Shown here: positions 1-16,730 of the stretch, in pieces | Position numbering within the stretch: position 1 is the stretch's first letter | Layout: the number at the start of each line of letters is the position of its first letter | From: Eledone cirrhosa | Taxonomy: Eukaryota | Assembly (NCBI GenBank): GCA_964016885.1 | Contig: CAXHJY010001293.1 | Location: forward strand, 1 to 43,871 | Length of the DNA: 43,871 bases | Reading direction: 5' to 3' | Translations under genes and position numbers: made by a program | Notes under the pieces: generated by a model | The model's input: only the letters and a program-made list of their open reading frames with translations | Told to the model about the DNA's origin: nothing | The model's database searches: none

Positions 1-949
1 TGGTATCTGTGAAGCACAAATTTTAAACCAAGCCACTCAAAATTTAAAATAAATTAAAATTAAATTAAATTGAAATAAGTTGAAATAAACAGGTAACAAT
101 TTTTTTTAATTTAGACATGAGAACTTATCGAATATAACAACTACCAGCCTGGGCGAAGGGGGTTTTTTGAAGCTTGTCTTTAAAACACTACCAATATTTT
201 TAATGCAATATTTTGTGAAGGTCTGGAAGGAAGATGGGCTCCACCAGGTTTTTAAAAAGTGCCCTCGAAATCCTGTATCTTAATATGACGCCCCTCTGAC
301 TTCTTGGGGAGTTACAGAACCATGCATGCATACATATTGTCAATGATCTACCAACCATAAAGAGGATCTTCCAATACTATTATATAACTGCCCTTGTCTT
401 TCTCCATTTTTTTTATATTTGCATCTTTTACCTCCTTCTTCTCTCCGTTTCTCTTTTGATTTTGTTTCTTAATTTTAATGGCTATTATGTAATTTCCTCA
501 CCTCAGTCACCGTGGATGTTTAAATAAATATAGAAGAGAGTAAACGGTTTAGTGATCTCGCCATTACTATCTGGCGCTTCTGGCAACACGCAAAATGGAG
601 GACATAATTTATACCATATATTTATGTAGTTGATATCGCTGTTCTTTGTGTTAAGTTTTGTTTCTGTTTTTGTATTTTAGTATTTCTTTTGTCTGGTTCA
701 CTACAGCTTCTGCTGCCACTACCAGCAGCTTAAAATGAACAAAACAAAACATCACAACAACCATAACAACAACTACAAATATCAATCATCCTAACTAACA
801 GAACCAATACCTCTATTATCCAAACTACCACCACCACCACCACCACCACCACACGTTAACAAAAAACTGCTACTGTTGCTGCTGCTGCTGTCGTTTTATC
901 AGTTACTTATACTAAACTTGTTGGTATTGCCGATGAGCTTTGTACTAAC

Positions 950-950
<1 letters not shown>

Positions 951-980
<30 letters not shown>

Positions 981-1042
981 TGTATGTATGTATGTATGTA
1001 TGTATGTATGTATGTATGTATATGTGTGTATATATATGTATG

Positions 1043-1075
<33 letters not shown>
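951..1075. repeat. (TATG)n/(TA)n microsatellite
   Basis: Direct reading. Confidence 0.95.
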
Positions 1076-1080
<5 letters not shown>

Positions 1081-1091
1081 TAACAGATTAA

Positions 1092-1142
1092 AGTTTAAGC
1101 AAAGAATCGCTGCTTTCACCCTTAACGGGATCTTCTGAAACT
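1092..1142 (-). ncRNA. Hammerhead-like motif, variant core (U4A)
   Basis: Minus strand: AGTTT CAGAAGA TCCC-GTTAA-GGGT GAAA GCA-GCGATTCTT-TGC TT AAACT; stems I/II/III form; diverged second copy at ~17966-18029 (+). Confidence 0.5.
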
Positions 1143-1288
1143 AACAAAGTCAATCTGTGAACGCAGAAGTGAATATTTCAAAAAATGTTGCAACCGGAGG
1201 AAGACAGGAAGACGATACTTTGATTCGTCGAAACGTTCCCTGGCAAAGAACGGGGAAAACGAATATAATACATCTAGATAAGAGCAAA

Positions 1289-1374
1289 TCTCCTGATGAA
1301 TCCGGTGCTCGAGTTTATATAATTATTACATAATTATTGGAAAGCTCAAAATGCGGATGAAACCATGGTAGAGG
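1289..1374 (+). ncRNA. Type I hammerhead ribozyme, canonical core
   Basis: TCTC CTGATGA(1293-99) ATCCG...CGGAT GAAA(1359-62) CCATGG TA|GAGG; 5-bp stem II, palindromic stem III ACCATGGT, GUA triplet. Confidence 0.8.
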
Positions 1375-1641
1375 TATTTAAATGTATTCTATTTTCTCCT
1401 AGTTTATTTTACACCTAATTCTGTTTAATTGACTGTATCTGGGCGATTACGCTGTCGAAATATTCGATAAATATTCCGTTGTGGCCGACGCGAAGGGCTA
1501 ATTTCGGTTATTTGTTGGAGATTTCTTCATAGAAGCCTCATTCTTATAGCCTGGTCTATTCGATTTTTTATATAGTTAATTATGCTAATTGGGAGAGGAA
1601 ATGGTATATATTTTATCTTGTGGTTCTATAGACATGTTTTA

Positions 1642-1642
<1 letters not shown>

Positions 1643-1724
<82 letters not shown>
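1643..1724. repeat. (TA)n microsatellite
   Basis: Direct reading. Confidence 0.95.
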
Positions 1725-1729
<5 letters not shown>

Positions 1730-1815
1730 GAGTCGGGACCCCGACGGCTGAGCTCTTGCCGTTTCAATAGCTGTTTAAACGGTAAAAGCTCAGCCGCCTG
1801 GGTCCCGATTCTTTC
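1725..1815. mobile_element. Family B head-to-head inverted fragment with HHR 3' half
   Basis: GAAAGAGTCGGGACCC...GGGTCCCGATTCTTTC imperfect palindrome; minus strand GAAA CGGC AAGAGCTCA GCCG TC GGGGTC; TA flanks; related to 43588-43762. Confidence 0.65.
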
Positions 1816-2482
1816 ATATATACAGAATATAGAGAGCTTCCTTGCTGAAACACTCTAAACCTCTACTGCTACAGTACACTGCATTTACTAACCATCTAAC
1901 AACGTTTGCCAGACGAAAGATTAGGTCCGACTAATCCTGAAATATGTGTAACGTTGATTTCTATAACTTATACTGCATAAAAACACTATATGTATATATA
2001 TATATTGTCATACTGTCTACTTATCTATATGTCTATCTTTCTATCACTTAATTATCTATTCATATATAGATAGATTTTTAACTGCACATATATGTGTTTA
2101 TGGCAATGAATTCTGAAGCCCTTCATGTCTTCATGTCTTCACTATAGATAACAGAATAATGGCGCTGGTGATACTTTTGTTAGTGTTTGAAAAGGCTCAT
2201 CTCTTAACGTCATCATCATTTCATTGGTATTTCATATTACAATAACACAATGCATAACTATGGCATGGCAGCCATAATTGATTGTGATAAGGGACAAAAC
2301 TTCAATTTATTTTACATTCACAATTGAATATTAGCACCCGTGCTGTTCATACTCAATGTTAATTATATTTACTTAAGATTTGTAATAATATCACAAGCCT
2401 CTTTCATTGTATATGTAACTACATTTAATAGCTACTAACATATTTACTCGAAAATAATGCGGTTAATATTAGAATATTTTTA

Positions 2483-2695
2483 AGGGCGATGGTTTGACAG
2501 AATCATTGAAGCGTCGAACAAAATGCCTTGTGGTATTTGTTTCGGTTCTATACGTTCTATACGTTCTGCCGAAGTCAATTTGCTTTTTCTCATACCGAGG
2601 TCAATGCAATAAAGTATCAGATAAGTACTGAGATTGATTGAATCGACTTTTTTCCTTCCCTTAAAAATTGCCGGCCTTGTGCCATGATAGAATAC
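2483..2695 (+). mobile_element. tRNA-derived SINE, type S1 (diverged)
   Basis: Matches copies at 20061, 25022, 39985 (GACAGAATC head, AATAAAGTA..CAG core, GGCCTTGTGCC tail). Confidence 0.75.
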
Positions 2696-3499
2696 TAGCA
2701 GAAAAACCACGCGAAGGGTGGTTTTCTGCTAGCATGTGTAGTGTGCATATTAATATTATACGCAAATATATATACATATATGATACATCAAATGAAATCG
2801 TAATTGACAATATACACAGAAATTGAACAAAGTCTGTGTTACACTGTCTTATGTAATCAGTAAAGTAATCCATGATACATTAAAAAGAGACGATATTATA
2901 TATAAACTGCATTAGGAAAAAAATTAGTGACGGAAATATATGAATGTTTATATAAGCGATCGCTAACCGGAAGTGTTGACATTTGAAATTTTATAGAAGT
3001 GAATCTTAAAATAAGCAATAAAATTATTTATATTTAATCAATAATTACGAAATTTAGTAGATAAATTATGTAATATTCATTCATTATTTATTCAAAGTAA
3101 TCCAACTTATTTTACAAACGGGATAAAAAAAATATAATCTGGACGCAGACCCGCACTCCTTTCTTTATTATAGTTAAGATTCATAAAGCAAAGTTAATAA
3201 AAGATGTCACTCGCCTCACGATATTTCTTGAGTCATATGTCGTCTTCCTTTTGCTTTTTCCCGTATTCCTTTCTTTCCGATGATACACTTCTTCATATAA
3301 CTTTAGAATTTCTGAATATTTTTCATCGCTTATTTAAAGAAAAGTCTCTGCCTATGATCATTATGTAGGGAGGGGATCCCCAAGACTACTGAAAACGAAG
3401 GAGGGGAAAGTGGAAGAAAAATATTCTCAGATCGGAGACTTAGCCAGAAAGCTTGCAACGAGGTGGCTCTGCTGAATTCACCCACCGGTCATGTGGTTT

Positions 3500-3985
3500 T
3501 AGTAAACCAGGTGGCCGATAAAGTCTACTGCCAAAAGCAGACCATGGTGAGATTGGAACTCAAAACATAAAGAACCGGGACAAATACAGCAAGGTATCCT
3601 ATCCAACGCTCTAACGACTCACACAGCCAACCGCTTTTGACTGGTTATTTATGTATCACCGCTCTTCCCCCACCCCAACAAAAACTCAAACGCACCCTTG
3701 TCTGATTATTACGGCCGGTTTGAACAGAAAGAGACGAGAGAATATCGGATATGGCCAGTTTCAATTCTAAAGAGTTAATTTTAACCGTCTTTAACTGAGG
3801 AAATTTGTGGAGATAGTAAAGTTGATTATACTGACCCCAGTACTTGATTAGTACTTTATTTTATTGACCTTGGGATGATGAAAAGCAAAGTTGATCTCGA
3901 TGGGAATTGAACTAAGTACATAAAGAACTAGCCTTAAATCACATGGGCTGATGCTCCAATAGTTCTGCCAACCTATCGCCCTTAA
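3500..3985 (-). mobile_element. Two degenerate S1 SINE copies
   Basis: GAACTCAAAACATAAAG, GTACTTTATTTTATTGAC, GATGAAAAGCAAAGT, TTCTGCCAACCTATCGCCC. Confidence 0.6.
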
Positions 3986-4636
3986 TGGAAAATTAGTTGT
4001 CAATTACTTATGTTGAGTTGAGTCACATTTCAGTATAAATGTAATAATATACTGTATAGTATATATGTTATATATATGTATGAGATGAAAGAATGGTATT
4101 TAACTAATGTAATGGTACGCGATGGGGCCCACTCACAGCCCCGGCGGACAATGGAGAAGGCGTTATGTATTTTGGGCGATGTGTTTTGGTAAGTTTGGGC
4201 ATGTATTTCGCTGTTGGGTAGAGTTGTTTGAAGAAAAAATTACATATTTATCTGAAGAGCATATATCGTTTGTAACATTAGTTTCCGGATAAAATATTTG
4301 ACACTAATTACTGTCGAAGTTTTAGTCGCTAAAAGCTGAATTTATTTATCTATCAGAAATAATTTACCTTTAATTAAATATTAAAATCAAAAGGGGAAAG
4401 TAAAATAAAAAAATAAAACTGACTTCCACTTAGTTCAATTACGTACATTCACACGAAATACCGACTGAGATTGTTTAGGTAATTGCATGTCACATTTAAG
4501 ATATATTTTACATTTACTTAAAGTCTATATATTATTAATATTGATTTTGAAATGACACGAGTAGATTAACATGTTTATTTTATACATACCAATATGTCAT
4601 TTTACTAATAAACTTTGAAATAGTGTTAAAATGTAT

Positions 4637-4826
4637 TTATTTATGTATGTATGTATGTTTGTATCTATTTATCTATCTATGTATTTTATATATACGTATC
4701 TATCTAATTATCAATCTATTTGTGTATATATATGTGTATCTATCTATCTATCTATGTGTGTGTTTATGTATTTATGTATGTGTGTATGTATATATGCTTA
4801 CATAAATATATGTATGTATGTGTGTG
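4637..4826. repeat. Degenerate (TATG)/(TATC)/(TG) microsatellite
   Basis: Direct reading. Confidence 0.8.
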
Positions 4827-5261
4827 AACACTTTCAATGTCTATCTGAACTATATGTATATTTAATTAAATTTATGACTGTAGAACTTAGAAAGTGTTCT
4901 AAAGTCACGTATTTGTTAATATTTTCACACATGTAATCACTGCAATGTATGTATGTAGTAATTGAGACGCTAAGTGTTACAACCTATTAAAGCCGTTATT
5001 ATATAATATTATATCCTGATACGGACATTTTTGAATATTTTTCATTTTCATATATATATATATAAATATAAGGCATTGAATTAGTAGGGGCCGTTAGAAC
5101 GTTGCGCAAGAATGCCATGCAGATTTCTGTGCTCTGAATTCAATACCCACAGGGTCACATTTTTTTCATTCAATCGGGGACGATAAAATGCCCATCCAGG
5201 ATGTTTGACTGGCGGCGGAATTATTAGTGTGTCTGATAAGATGTTTTGTTGTATTTGTTCC

Positions 5262-5295
<34 letters not shown>

Positions 5296-5763
5296 AACCT
5301 CCATCATTATCATAACCCATCATCCTTATCATCTTCATCATCATCATCATCATCATCGACATCACGTCCATCATTATCATAACCCATCATCTTTATCATC
5401 TTTATCATCATCATCATCATCATCATAACCTCCATCATTATCATAACCCATCATCCTTATCATCTTCATCATCATCATCATCATCATCGACATCACGTCC
5501 ATCATTATCATAACCCATCATCTTTATCATCTTTATCATCATCATCATCATCATCATCACCTCCATCATTATCATAACCCATCATCCTTATCATCATCAT
5601 CATCATCATCATCACCTCCATCAGTATCATAACCCATCATCCTTACCATCATCATCATCATCATCATCATCATCACCTCCATCAGTATCATAACCCATCA
5701 TCTTTATCATCATCATCATCATCATCATAACCTCCATCATTATCATAACCCATCATCCTTATC

Positions 5764-5794
<31 letters not shown>

Positions 5795-6180
5795 CCTCCA
5801 TCATTATCATAACCCATCATCCTTATCATCTTCATCATCATCATCATCATCATAACCTCCATCATTATCATAACCCATCATCCTTATCATCATCATCATC
5901 ATCATCATCACCTCCATCATTATCATAACCCATCATCCTTATCATCATCATCATCATCATCATAACCTCCATCATTATCATAACCCATCATCCTTACCAT
6001 CATCATCATCATCATCATCATCATCATAACCTCCATCATTATCATAACCCATCATCCTTACCATCATCATCATCATCATCATCATCATAACCTCCATCAG
6101 TATCATAACCCATCATCCTTATCATCATCATCATCATCATCATCATCATCTCCATCAGTATCATAACCCATCATCCTTAC

Positions 6181-6212
<32 letters not shown>

Positions 6213-7842
6213 CCTCCATCATTATCATAACCCATCATCCTTATCATCATCATCATCATCATCATCATAACCTCCATCATTATCATAACCCATCATCCTT
6301 ACCATCATCATCATCATCATCATCATAACCTCCATCATTATCATAACCCATCATCCTTACCATCATCATCATCATCATCATCATCACCTCCATCATTATC
6401 ATAACCCATCATCCTTACCATCATCATCATCATCATCATCATCTCCATCATCATCATCTCCATCATCATAATCATAAACATCGTCACCATCATAACCATC
6501 ATCAACGCCATCATGATCATCATCATAACTATCAGCATCACCCTCATCATCAGCACCTCCATCATCGTCATCATAACCATCATCATCAAAACCATCATCA
6601 TCATGACCATCATCCTCATCATCATCATCTCCATCATCATCATAACGATCATCATCATCATAACCATCATCATCATAACCATCACCATCAAAACCATCAT
6701 CATCATCATCATCATTATCACTATCCTTACTATCAACGCCCCCTTAATCATCATCATCATCATCATCATTATCACTATCCTTACTATCAACGCCCCCTTA
6801 ACCATCATCATCATCATCATCATTATCACTATCCTTACTATCAACGCCCCCTTAATCATCATCATCATCATCATTATCACTATCCTTACTATCAACGCCC
6901 CCTTAACCATCATCATCATCATCATCATCATCATCATTATCACTATCCTTACTATCAACGCCCCCTTAATCATCATCATCATCATCATCATTATCACTAT
7001 CCTTACTATCAACGCCCCCTTAATCATCATCATCATCATCATCATTATCACTATAACGCCCCCTTAATCATCATCATCATCATCATCATCACTATCCTTA
7101 CTATCAACGCCCCCTTAATCATCATCATCATCATCATCATCATCATTATCACTATCCTTACTATCAACGCCCCCTTAATCATCATCATCATCATCATCAT
7201 TATCACTATAACGCCCCCTTAATCATCATCATCATCATCATTATCACTATCCTTACTATCAACGCCCCTTTAATCATCATCATCATCATCATCATTATCA
7301 CTATCCTTACTATCAACGCCCCCTTAACCATCATCATCATCATCATCATCATCATCATTATCACTATCCTTACTATCAACGCCCCCTTAATCATCATCAT
7401 CATCATCATCATCATTATCACTATCCTTACTATCAACGCCCCCTTAACCATCATCATCATCATCATCATCATTATCACTATCCTTACTATCAACGCCCCC
7501 TTAACCATCATCATCATCATCATCATCATTATCACTATCCTTACTATCAACGCCCCCTTAACCATCATCATCATCATCATCATCATCATTATCACTATCC
7601 TTACTATCAACGCCCCCTTAATCATCATCATCATCATCATCATTATCACTATCCTTCCTATCAACGCCCCCTTAATCATCATCATCATCATCATCATTAT
7701 CCCTATCCTTACTATCAACGCCCCCTTAATCATCATCATCATCATCATTATCACTATCCTTACTATCAACGCCCCCTTAATCATAATCATCATCATCATC
7801 ATTATCATCATCATCACTATCCTTACTATCAACGCCCCCTTA
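5262..7842. repeat. (CAT)n-based compound minisatellite, two unit types
   Basis: Unit 1 (CAT)n-AACCTCCATCATTATCATAACCCATCATCCTTA (~5290-6420); unit 2 (CAT)n-TATCACTATCCTTACTATCAACGCCCCCTTAA (~6715-7842). Confidence 0.95.
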
Positions 7843-8148
7843 CATTGTTTATATAGCTATAGTCATTATCAGTAGTAGGGTCAGATAATCGTATAAACAT
7901 AATCATTGACATACTCATCATCGTAATTATAATTGTCATCGTTAGTGTTACCGAAATGTATATAACAGGATAATACACTTCAAAATCGATCTAATATACA
8001 AATGTTCTCTATCAACAAAACTAGAGCCACCATTATCATCTTCATCACCACCATCACCGTCATCATTACCATCATCATCATCATCACTACTGCCATTACC
8101 ATGACAACCACTGATATCGCCATAATTGACATTATCACAATTATTGTC

Positions 8149-8150
<2 letters not shown>

Positions 8151-8225
<75 letters not shown>

Positions 8226-8545
8226 TTATATACATATATGTACGTATAAGCGCACACACATATATATATATTTATATACATATATATATAAAAACACAAG
8301 TATATATATGTGTATATATATGTATATATATATATAAATATATATATATACACATATATTATAAACACACACATGTATATATGCATACATATATATAAAC
8401 ACAGACATGTATATATATATATACATATATATAAACACAGACATGTATATATATATACATATATATAAACACAGACATGTATATATATATACATATATAT
8501 AACACACACATGTATATATTTATATATACATACGTATACATACAC

Positions 8546-8598
<53 letters not shown>

Positions 8599-8621
8599 CA
8601 CATGTATGCATATATATATAT

Positions 8622-8675
<54 letters not shown>

Positions 8676-8688
8676 ACATGTATGCATA

Positions 8689-8740
<52 letters not shown>
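8151..8740. repeat. (TA)n/(CA)n compound microsatellite
   Basis: Direct reading. Confidence 0.9.
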
Positions 8741-8743
<3 letters not shown>

Positions 8744-8810
8744 TTATTCCGGGTTCAATCGGGGGTATTTCTCACGAATGAAACAGTTCTAGTCCTGTAC
8801 AACCTTTTCT
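8741..8810 (+). mobile_element. Family C fragment (HHR 3' half)
   Basis: GAAT GAAA CAG TTCTAGTC CTG TA matches 29725-29748; between TA tracts. Confidence 0.55.
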
Positions 8811-9115
8811 ATATATATATATATATATGTTTATATATATACATAAACACATGTGTATATATATATATATATGTAATATATTTAGAAACACACAGATACA
8901 TGCGGACACACACATATATACATGAAAGCATCCGCACCCAACTGTGAGTTAAGGGTGCCAACTTCACCGATGTTGCTCAATGAATGACTGGGACAGACCA
9001 ATTCAGTTTGAACCAGACTGAACCAGTATCAGAGTTAAAAATACATTATGAAGAGAGAAGAAACATTTAGATATAATTAGTAATAAAATGTATCATACCT
9101 AAATTGCTCCTAAAT

Positions 9116-9203
9116 TCCTCGACTACGTAGTTTCGTGGCATAAACAAAAACAATATATCAAAGATATAGAGTCCTTGCGAGGTCTGCCGACTTATCAAGA
9201 GGA
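9116..9203 (-). ncRNA. Type I hammerhead ribozyme, U3-A8 core variant
   Basis: Minus: TCCTC TTGATAA GTCGGCA...TGCCAC GAAA CTACGTAG TC|GAGGA; 5-bp stem I, palindromic stem III, GUC triplet. Confidence 0.75.
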
Positions 9204-9259
9204 TATCTCATTTTACTAGTCTCAAGAACGCGTCTACACGACGTGAGAAAGAATCCCAA

Positions 9260-9272
9260 ATATATGTGTGTG

Positions 9273-9309
<37 letters not shown>

Positions 9310-9614
9310 GCGTTAATTATATATATAAATATATATGTACTTAGATATACGCACACGCACACTTACTTATGTGTGTGTGTAGGTACATATATATATTAGA
9401 TATATATATATATATAATATATATATATATATGAATATATATATGTGTGTATATATTTATATATATATATATATATGCATATATATATATATATATATAT
9501 ATGCATATATATATATATATATATATATGCATATATATGTATATATATATATGTATGAATATATATGTATATATATATATATATTCATTCATACATATAT
9601 ATATATGTATGCAA

Positions 9615-9647
<33 letters not shown>

Positions 9648-9649
9648 GC

Positions 9650-9724
<75 letters not shown>

Positions 9725-9768
9725 CATATATATGTATATATATATATATATGTATATGCATATATATG

Positions 9769-9816
<48 letters not shown>

Positions 9817-9962
9817 TATATATATATATGCATATATATATGCATATATATATATATATATGCATATATATGTATATATATATGCATATATATGTATATA
9901 TATATACATATATGTATATATACATATATACATATATGTATATATACATATATACATATATG

Positions 9963-10013
<51 letters not shown>
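9260..10013. repeat. (TA)n array with TG/GC interruptions
   Basis: Direct reading. Confidence 0.95.
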
Positions 10014-10015
<2 letters not shown>

Positions 10016-10333
10016 GAGCGAGACTAAATAAACAATCGTAATGATAAGATATGTATTGTCTACAACGTATGATATTCTTCTTTAATGATACGAAGCCATA
10101 TCATGATATCACCTTCTACTTAGATATATCTGTTGGTTCGACTGCAATTTCTTTTTTAAATTTACCCTGTGTAACATATATTTATATTTCTAGTAGAAAT
10201 TTCGAGAAGTATTAATTCTATGCAATATATAATTACGTAAGATTTATCTCTATTGCTAAAAGCGACCCAATCATACACAGCTCTCCATCTGTAAACATAT
10301 GTGCATATATATATGTGTGCATGTGTGTGTGTA

Positions 10334-10364
<31 letters not shown>

Positions 10365-10382
10365 ATATATATATTATCTAAA

Positions 10383-10670
10383 AGTCTAAAGTCTGTCTGA
10401 AGCCGGAAGGCTCATTTGGCCGGTGCTTATCCCGGTTTCATGGCGTGAAGCGACTGAGAGTACTAGACTCCCCCCTGGACAGGACGCAGTCCATCGCAGG
10501 GTTAAACCTCCAAAACCTGCAGCTATTGCTGATACTCATTTTCAGCTGAGTATACTGGAGCAACGTGAAATGAAGTGTTTTGCTCAAGAACACAACACGC
10601 AGCCCAGGAATCGAACCCACGACATTATGATCGTAAGTCCAACACACTTACCACTAGGCCACGTGCCTCC
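10383..10670 (-). mobile_element. tRNA-derived SINE, type S2
   Basis: Reverse complement of 11473-11753; A and B boxes. Confidence 0.85.
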
Positions 10671-10681
10671 ATAATATATGC

Positions 10682-10816
10682 GTCCAGAAATAGCCGTCGA
10701 AACGGCTTGAGCTCTGCCGTCGGGGTCATACTTTTTCCTATTTCCACTCTACTACCCTAAGTATTGAGTACTCTGGTGCGTTATGGTCCATCTGGTTCCT
10801 TACCACAATTCCTTTG

Positions 10817-10818
<2 letters not shown>
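10682..10818 (+). mobile_element. Family A short element (HHR 3' half + stem-loop), ends in (TA)n
   Basis: GTCCAGAAATAGCCGTCGAAACGGCTTGAGCTCTGCCGTCGGGGTC...CTACCCTAAGTATTGAGTAC...CCACAATTCCTTTGT; 8 loci in window. Confidence 0.85.
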
Positions 10819-10868
<50 letters not shown>

Positions 10869-10877
10869 AAACATAAA

Positions 10878-10985
10878 TTATCGAGATTCGCATTTTGGCC
10901 CACGAAATAACGAAAAACAACCTCCGAGATGTGCGGCAAGTGCTCAATGATTCAGATGAACCAGAGCTATAACAAACGTTAAAGG
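10878..10985 (+). repeat. Dispersed repeat family G
   Basis: GCTCAATGATTCAGATGAACCAGAGCTATAAC similar to 23430-23540. Confidence 0.6.
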
Positions 10986-11113
10986 CCAAATATATATAAA
11001 TATATATATGAATGTATATATAGTATATTATGCAATACACTGTATGCTTAATTAAAAGCATTTCGAAGACCTTACGCTATTGTTTTAGAGTAGTGACAGT
11101 CTCACTTACTTTA

Positions 11114-11208
11114 ATTTTCAGCAAACAGGGGAAATAAAGCTGACAGAGCTCTGTTTCGCACTTGTTGGTGCTTATCAAGGCTAAGTACTCCGCCTGTTTG
11201 CTGAAAAT
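11114..11208 (-). ncRNA. Type I hammerhead ribozyme, U3-A8 core, with 16-bp closing helix
   Basis: Minus: AGCC TTGATAA GCAC-CAACAA-GTGC GAAA CAGAGCTCTG TC|AGCT; flanked by perfect ATTTTCAGCAAACAGG/CCTGTTTGCTGAAAAT; C.A mismatch at first stem I pair. Confidence 0.75.
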
Positions 11209-11290
11209 CCTGAATGTTTGATTCTTATAGAATTCTAGTAATAATCAGGAACTGATTATACAGAGCGGCTGCAGTCAAGCAGAATGTATG

Positions 11291-11321
<31 letters not shown>

Positions 11322-11322
11322 T

Positions 11323-11461
11323 TAACAAAGGAATTGTGGTAAGGAACCAGATGGACCATAACGCACCAGAGTACTCAATACTTAGGGTAGTAGAGTGGAA
11401 TATAGGAAAAAGTATGACCCCGACGGCAGAGCTCAAGCCGTTTCGACGGCTATTTCTGGAC
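11323..11461 (-). mobile_element. Family A short element
   Basis: Reverse complement of 10682-10818. Confidence 0.85.
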
Positions 11462-11472
11462 GCATATATTAT

Positions 11473-11749
11473 GGAGGCACGTGGCTTAGTGGTAAGTGTG
11501 TTGGACTTACGATCATAATGTTGTGGGTTCGATTCCTGGGCTGCGTGTTGTGTTCTTGAACAAAACACTTCATTTCACGTTGCTCCAGTATACTCAGCTG
11601 AAAATGAGTACCAGAAATAGCTGGAGGTTTAACCCTGCGATGGACTGGCGTCCTGTCCAGGGGGGAGTCTTGAACTCTCAGTCGCTTCACGCCATGAAAC
11701 CGGGATAAGCACCGGCCAAATGAGCCTTCTGGCTTCAGACAGACTTTAG

Positions 11750-11753
<4 letters not shown>
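11473..11753 (+). mobile_element. tRNA-derived SINE, type S2
   Basis: A box TGGCTTAGTGG, B box GGGTTCGATTCC, TGTTGTGTTCTTGAACAAAACACTT, AACCCTGCGATGGAC...GAAACCGGGATAAG, AGACTTT tail. Confidence 0.88.
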
Positions 11754-11809
<56 letters not shown>

Positions 11810-12149
11810 GCACACGCACACGCACGCACGCACACACACATGCACGTATATATATATGCACATATGTTTACAGATGGAGAGCTGTGTATGATTGGGTCGC
11901 TTTTAGCAATAGAGATAAATCTTACGTAATTATATATTGCATAGAATTAATACTTCTCGAAATTTCTACTAGAAATATAAATATATGTTACACTGGGTAA
12001 ATTTAAAAAAGAAATTGCAGTCGAACCAAGAGATATATCTAAGTAGAAGGTGATATCATGATATGGCTTCGTATCATTAAAGAAGAATATCATACGTTGT
12101 AGACAATACATATCTTATCATTACGATTGTTTTATTTAGTCTCGCTCAT

Positions 12150-15810
<3,661 letters not shown>

Positions 15811-16730
15811 TTGCATACATCCACATATATTATTTACTATTTTAAGAAATTTAATTCGCAGGTCAAAGTATATCTTCTTCATGTCCAAATTTAGTAGTAT
15901 CTAATAGTAGTTGCCATTATTAAAACGACACACTTTGTAATTTAGACAGACAGTACTGATAACAAAAATTGAATACAGCGACCATACCATGGTCCCATGC
16001 CTAAAATTAGATTCTAAAATATACTTTGTTATAATTCAATGTACCGTGTAAACGTCTGTATCGACATTGTCAGAGACTTTTATCAATTTAATCACCTTAG
16101 CTGTCCCGACAAACCAAAGCCAACGTAAGCTTTTTAGCAGAAATATAATTATGGTAAGCTATTAGTTTTTTGGTAAATTCTATCAAATATTTTTATTCTA
16201 TAGACTTAACCAATAAGAATATTGTAGTCTCTTAGCTTATTTGTAACTACTTGGCTAAAAAGTTGTTCCTTCAGTGGCAATTATCTTTTGAAAGCTCTAT
16301 TCTGTTGTGTAAAAGATCCACCCAACAATGATTATTATTTGAAATGTTTACAATGAAAGAATCTTTGTTGATTAGACAATCTGTAGCAGACGAAAGCTAA
16401 ACTAATACAGAAAGTTGTTTACAACCCAATTCAACGTAATAGCTTATTTAACTGTAAACATTTGTAAGAAGTTGGTTCACAATCGCTACATTCGTGAGTG
16501 TGCACAGCTTAGTATTTTGTAAAAGGTGTCGTGAAGCTGCAACCTTATATTAGCCTAAGAGACAATTTCTTTAAGATTTTATTTTATCAATCTATTCATG
16601 TATTTCCCAAACTTAAAAGGAAATTTGTAACACTCCTCTTCAAATGCACATTTTTATGATCAATCTTTAGGTCATAGACAACCCTGATGTACATGGTAGT
16701 TTCAGATCTAATCTTCTATACAAGATTTAT

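Noticed and set aside
1205-1240. GACGA...TCGTC GAAACGT hairpin
   Set aside because: Core and stem I not supportable.
6341-7832. Poly-Met/poly-Ile ORFs
   Set aside because: Products of the (CAT)n minisatellite.
11473-11545. tRNA gene
   Set aside because: A and B boxes continue into a SINE body with no cloverleaf; it is a SINE head.
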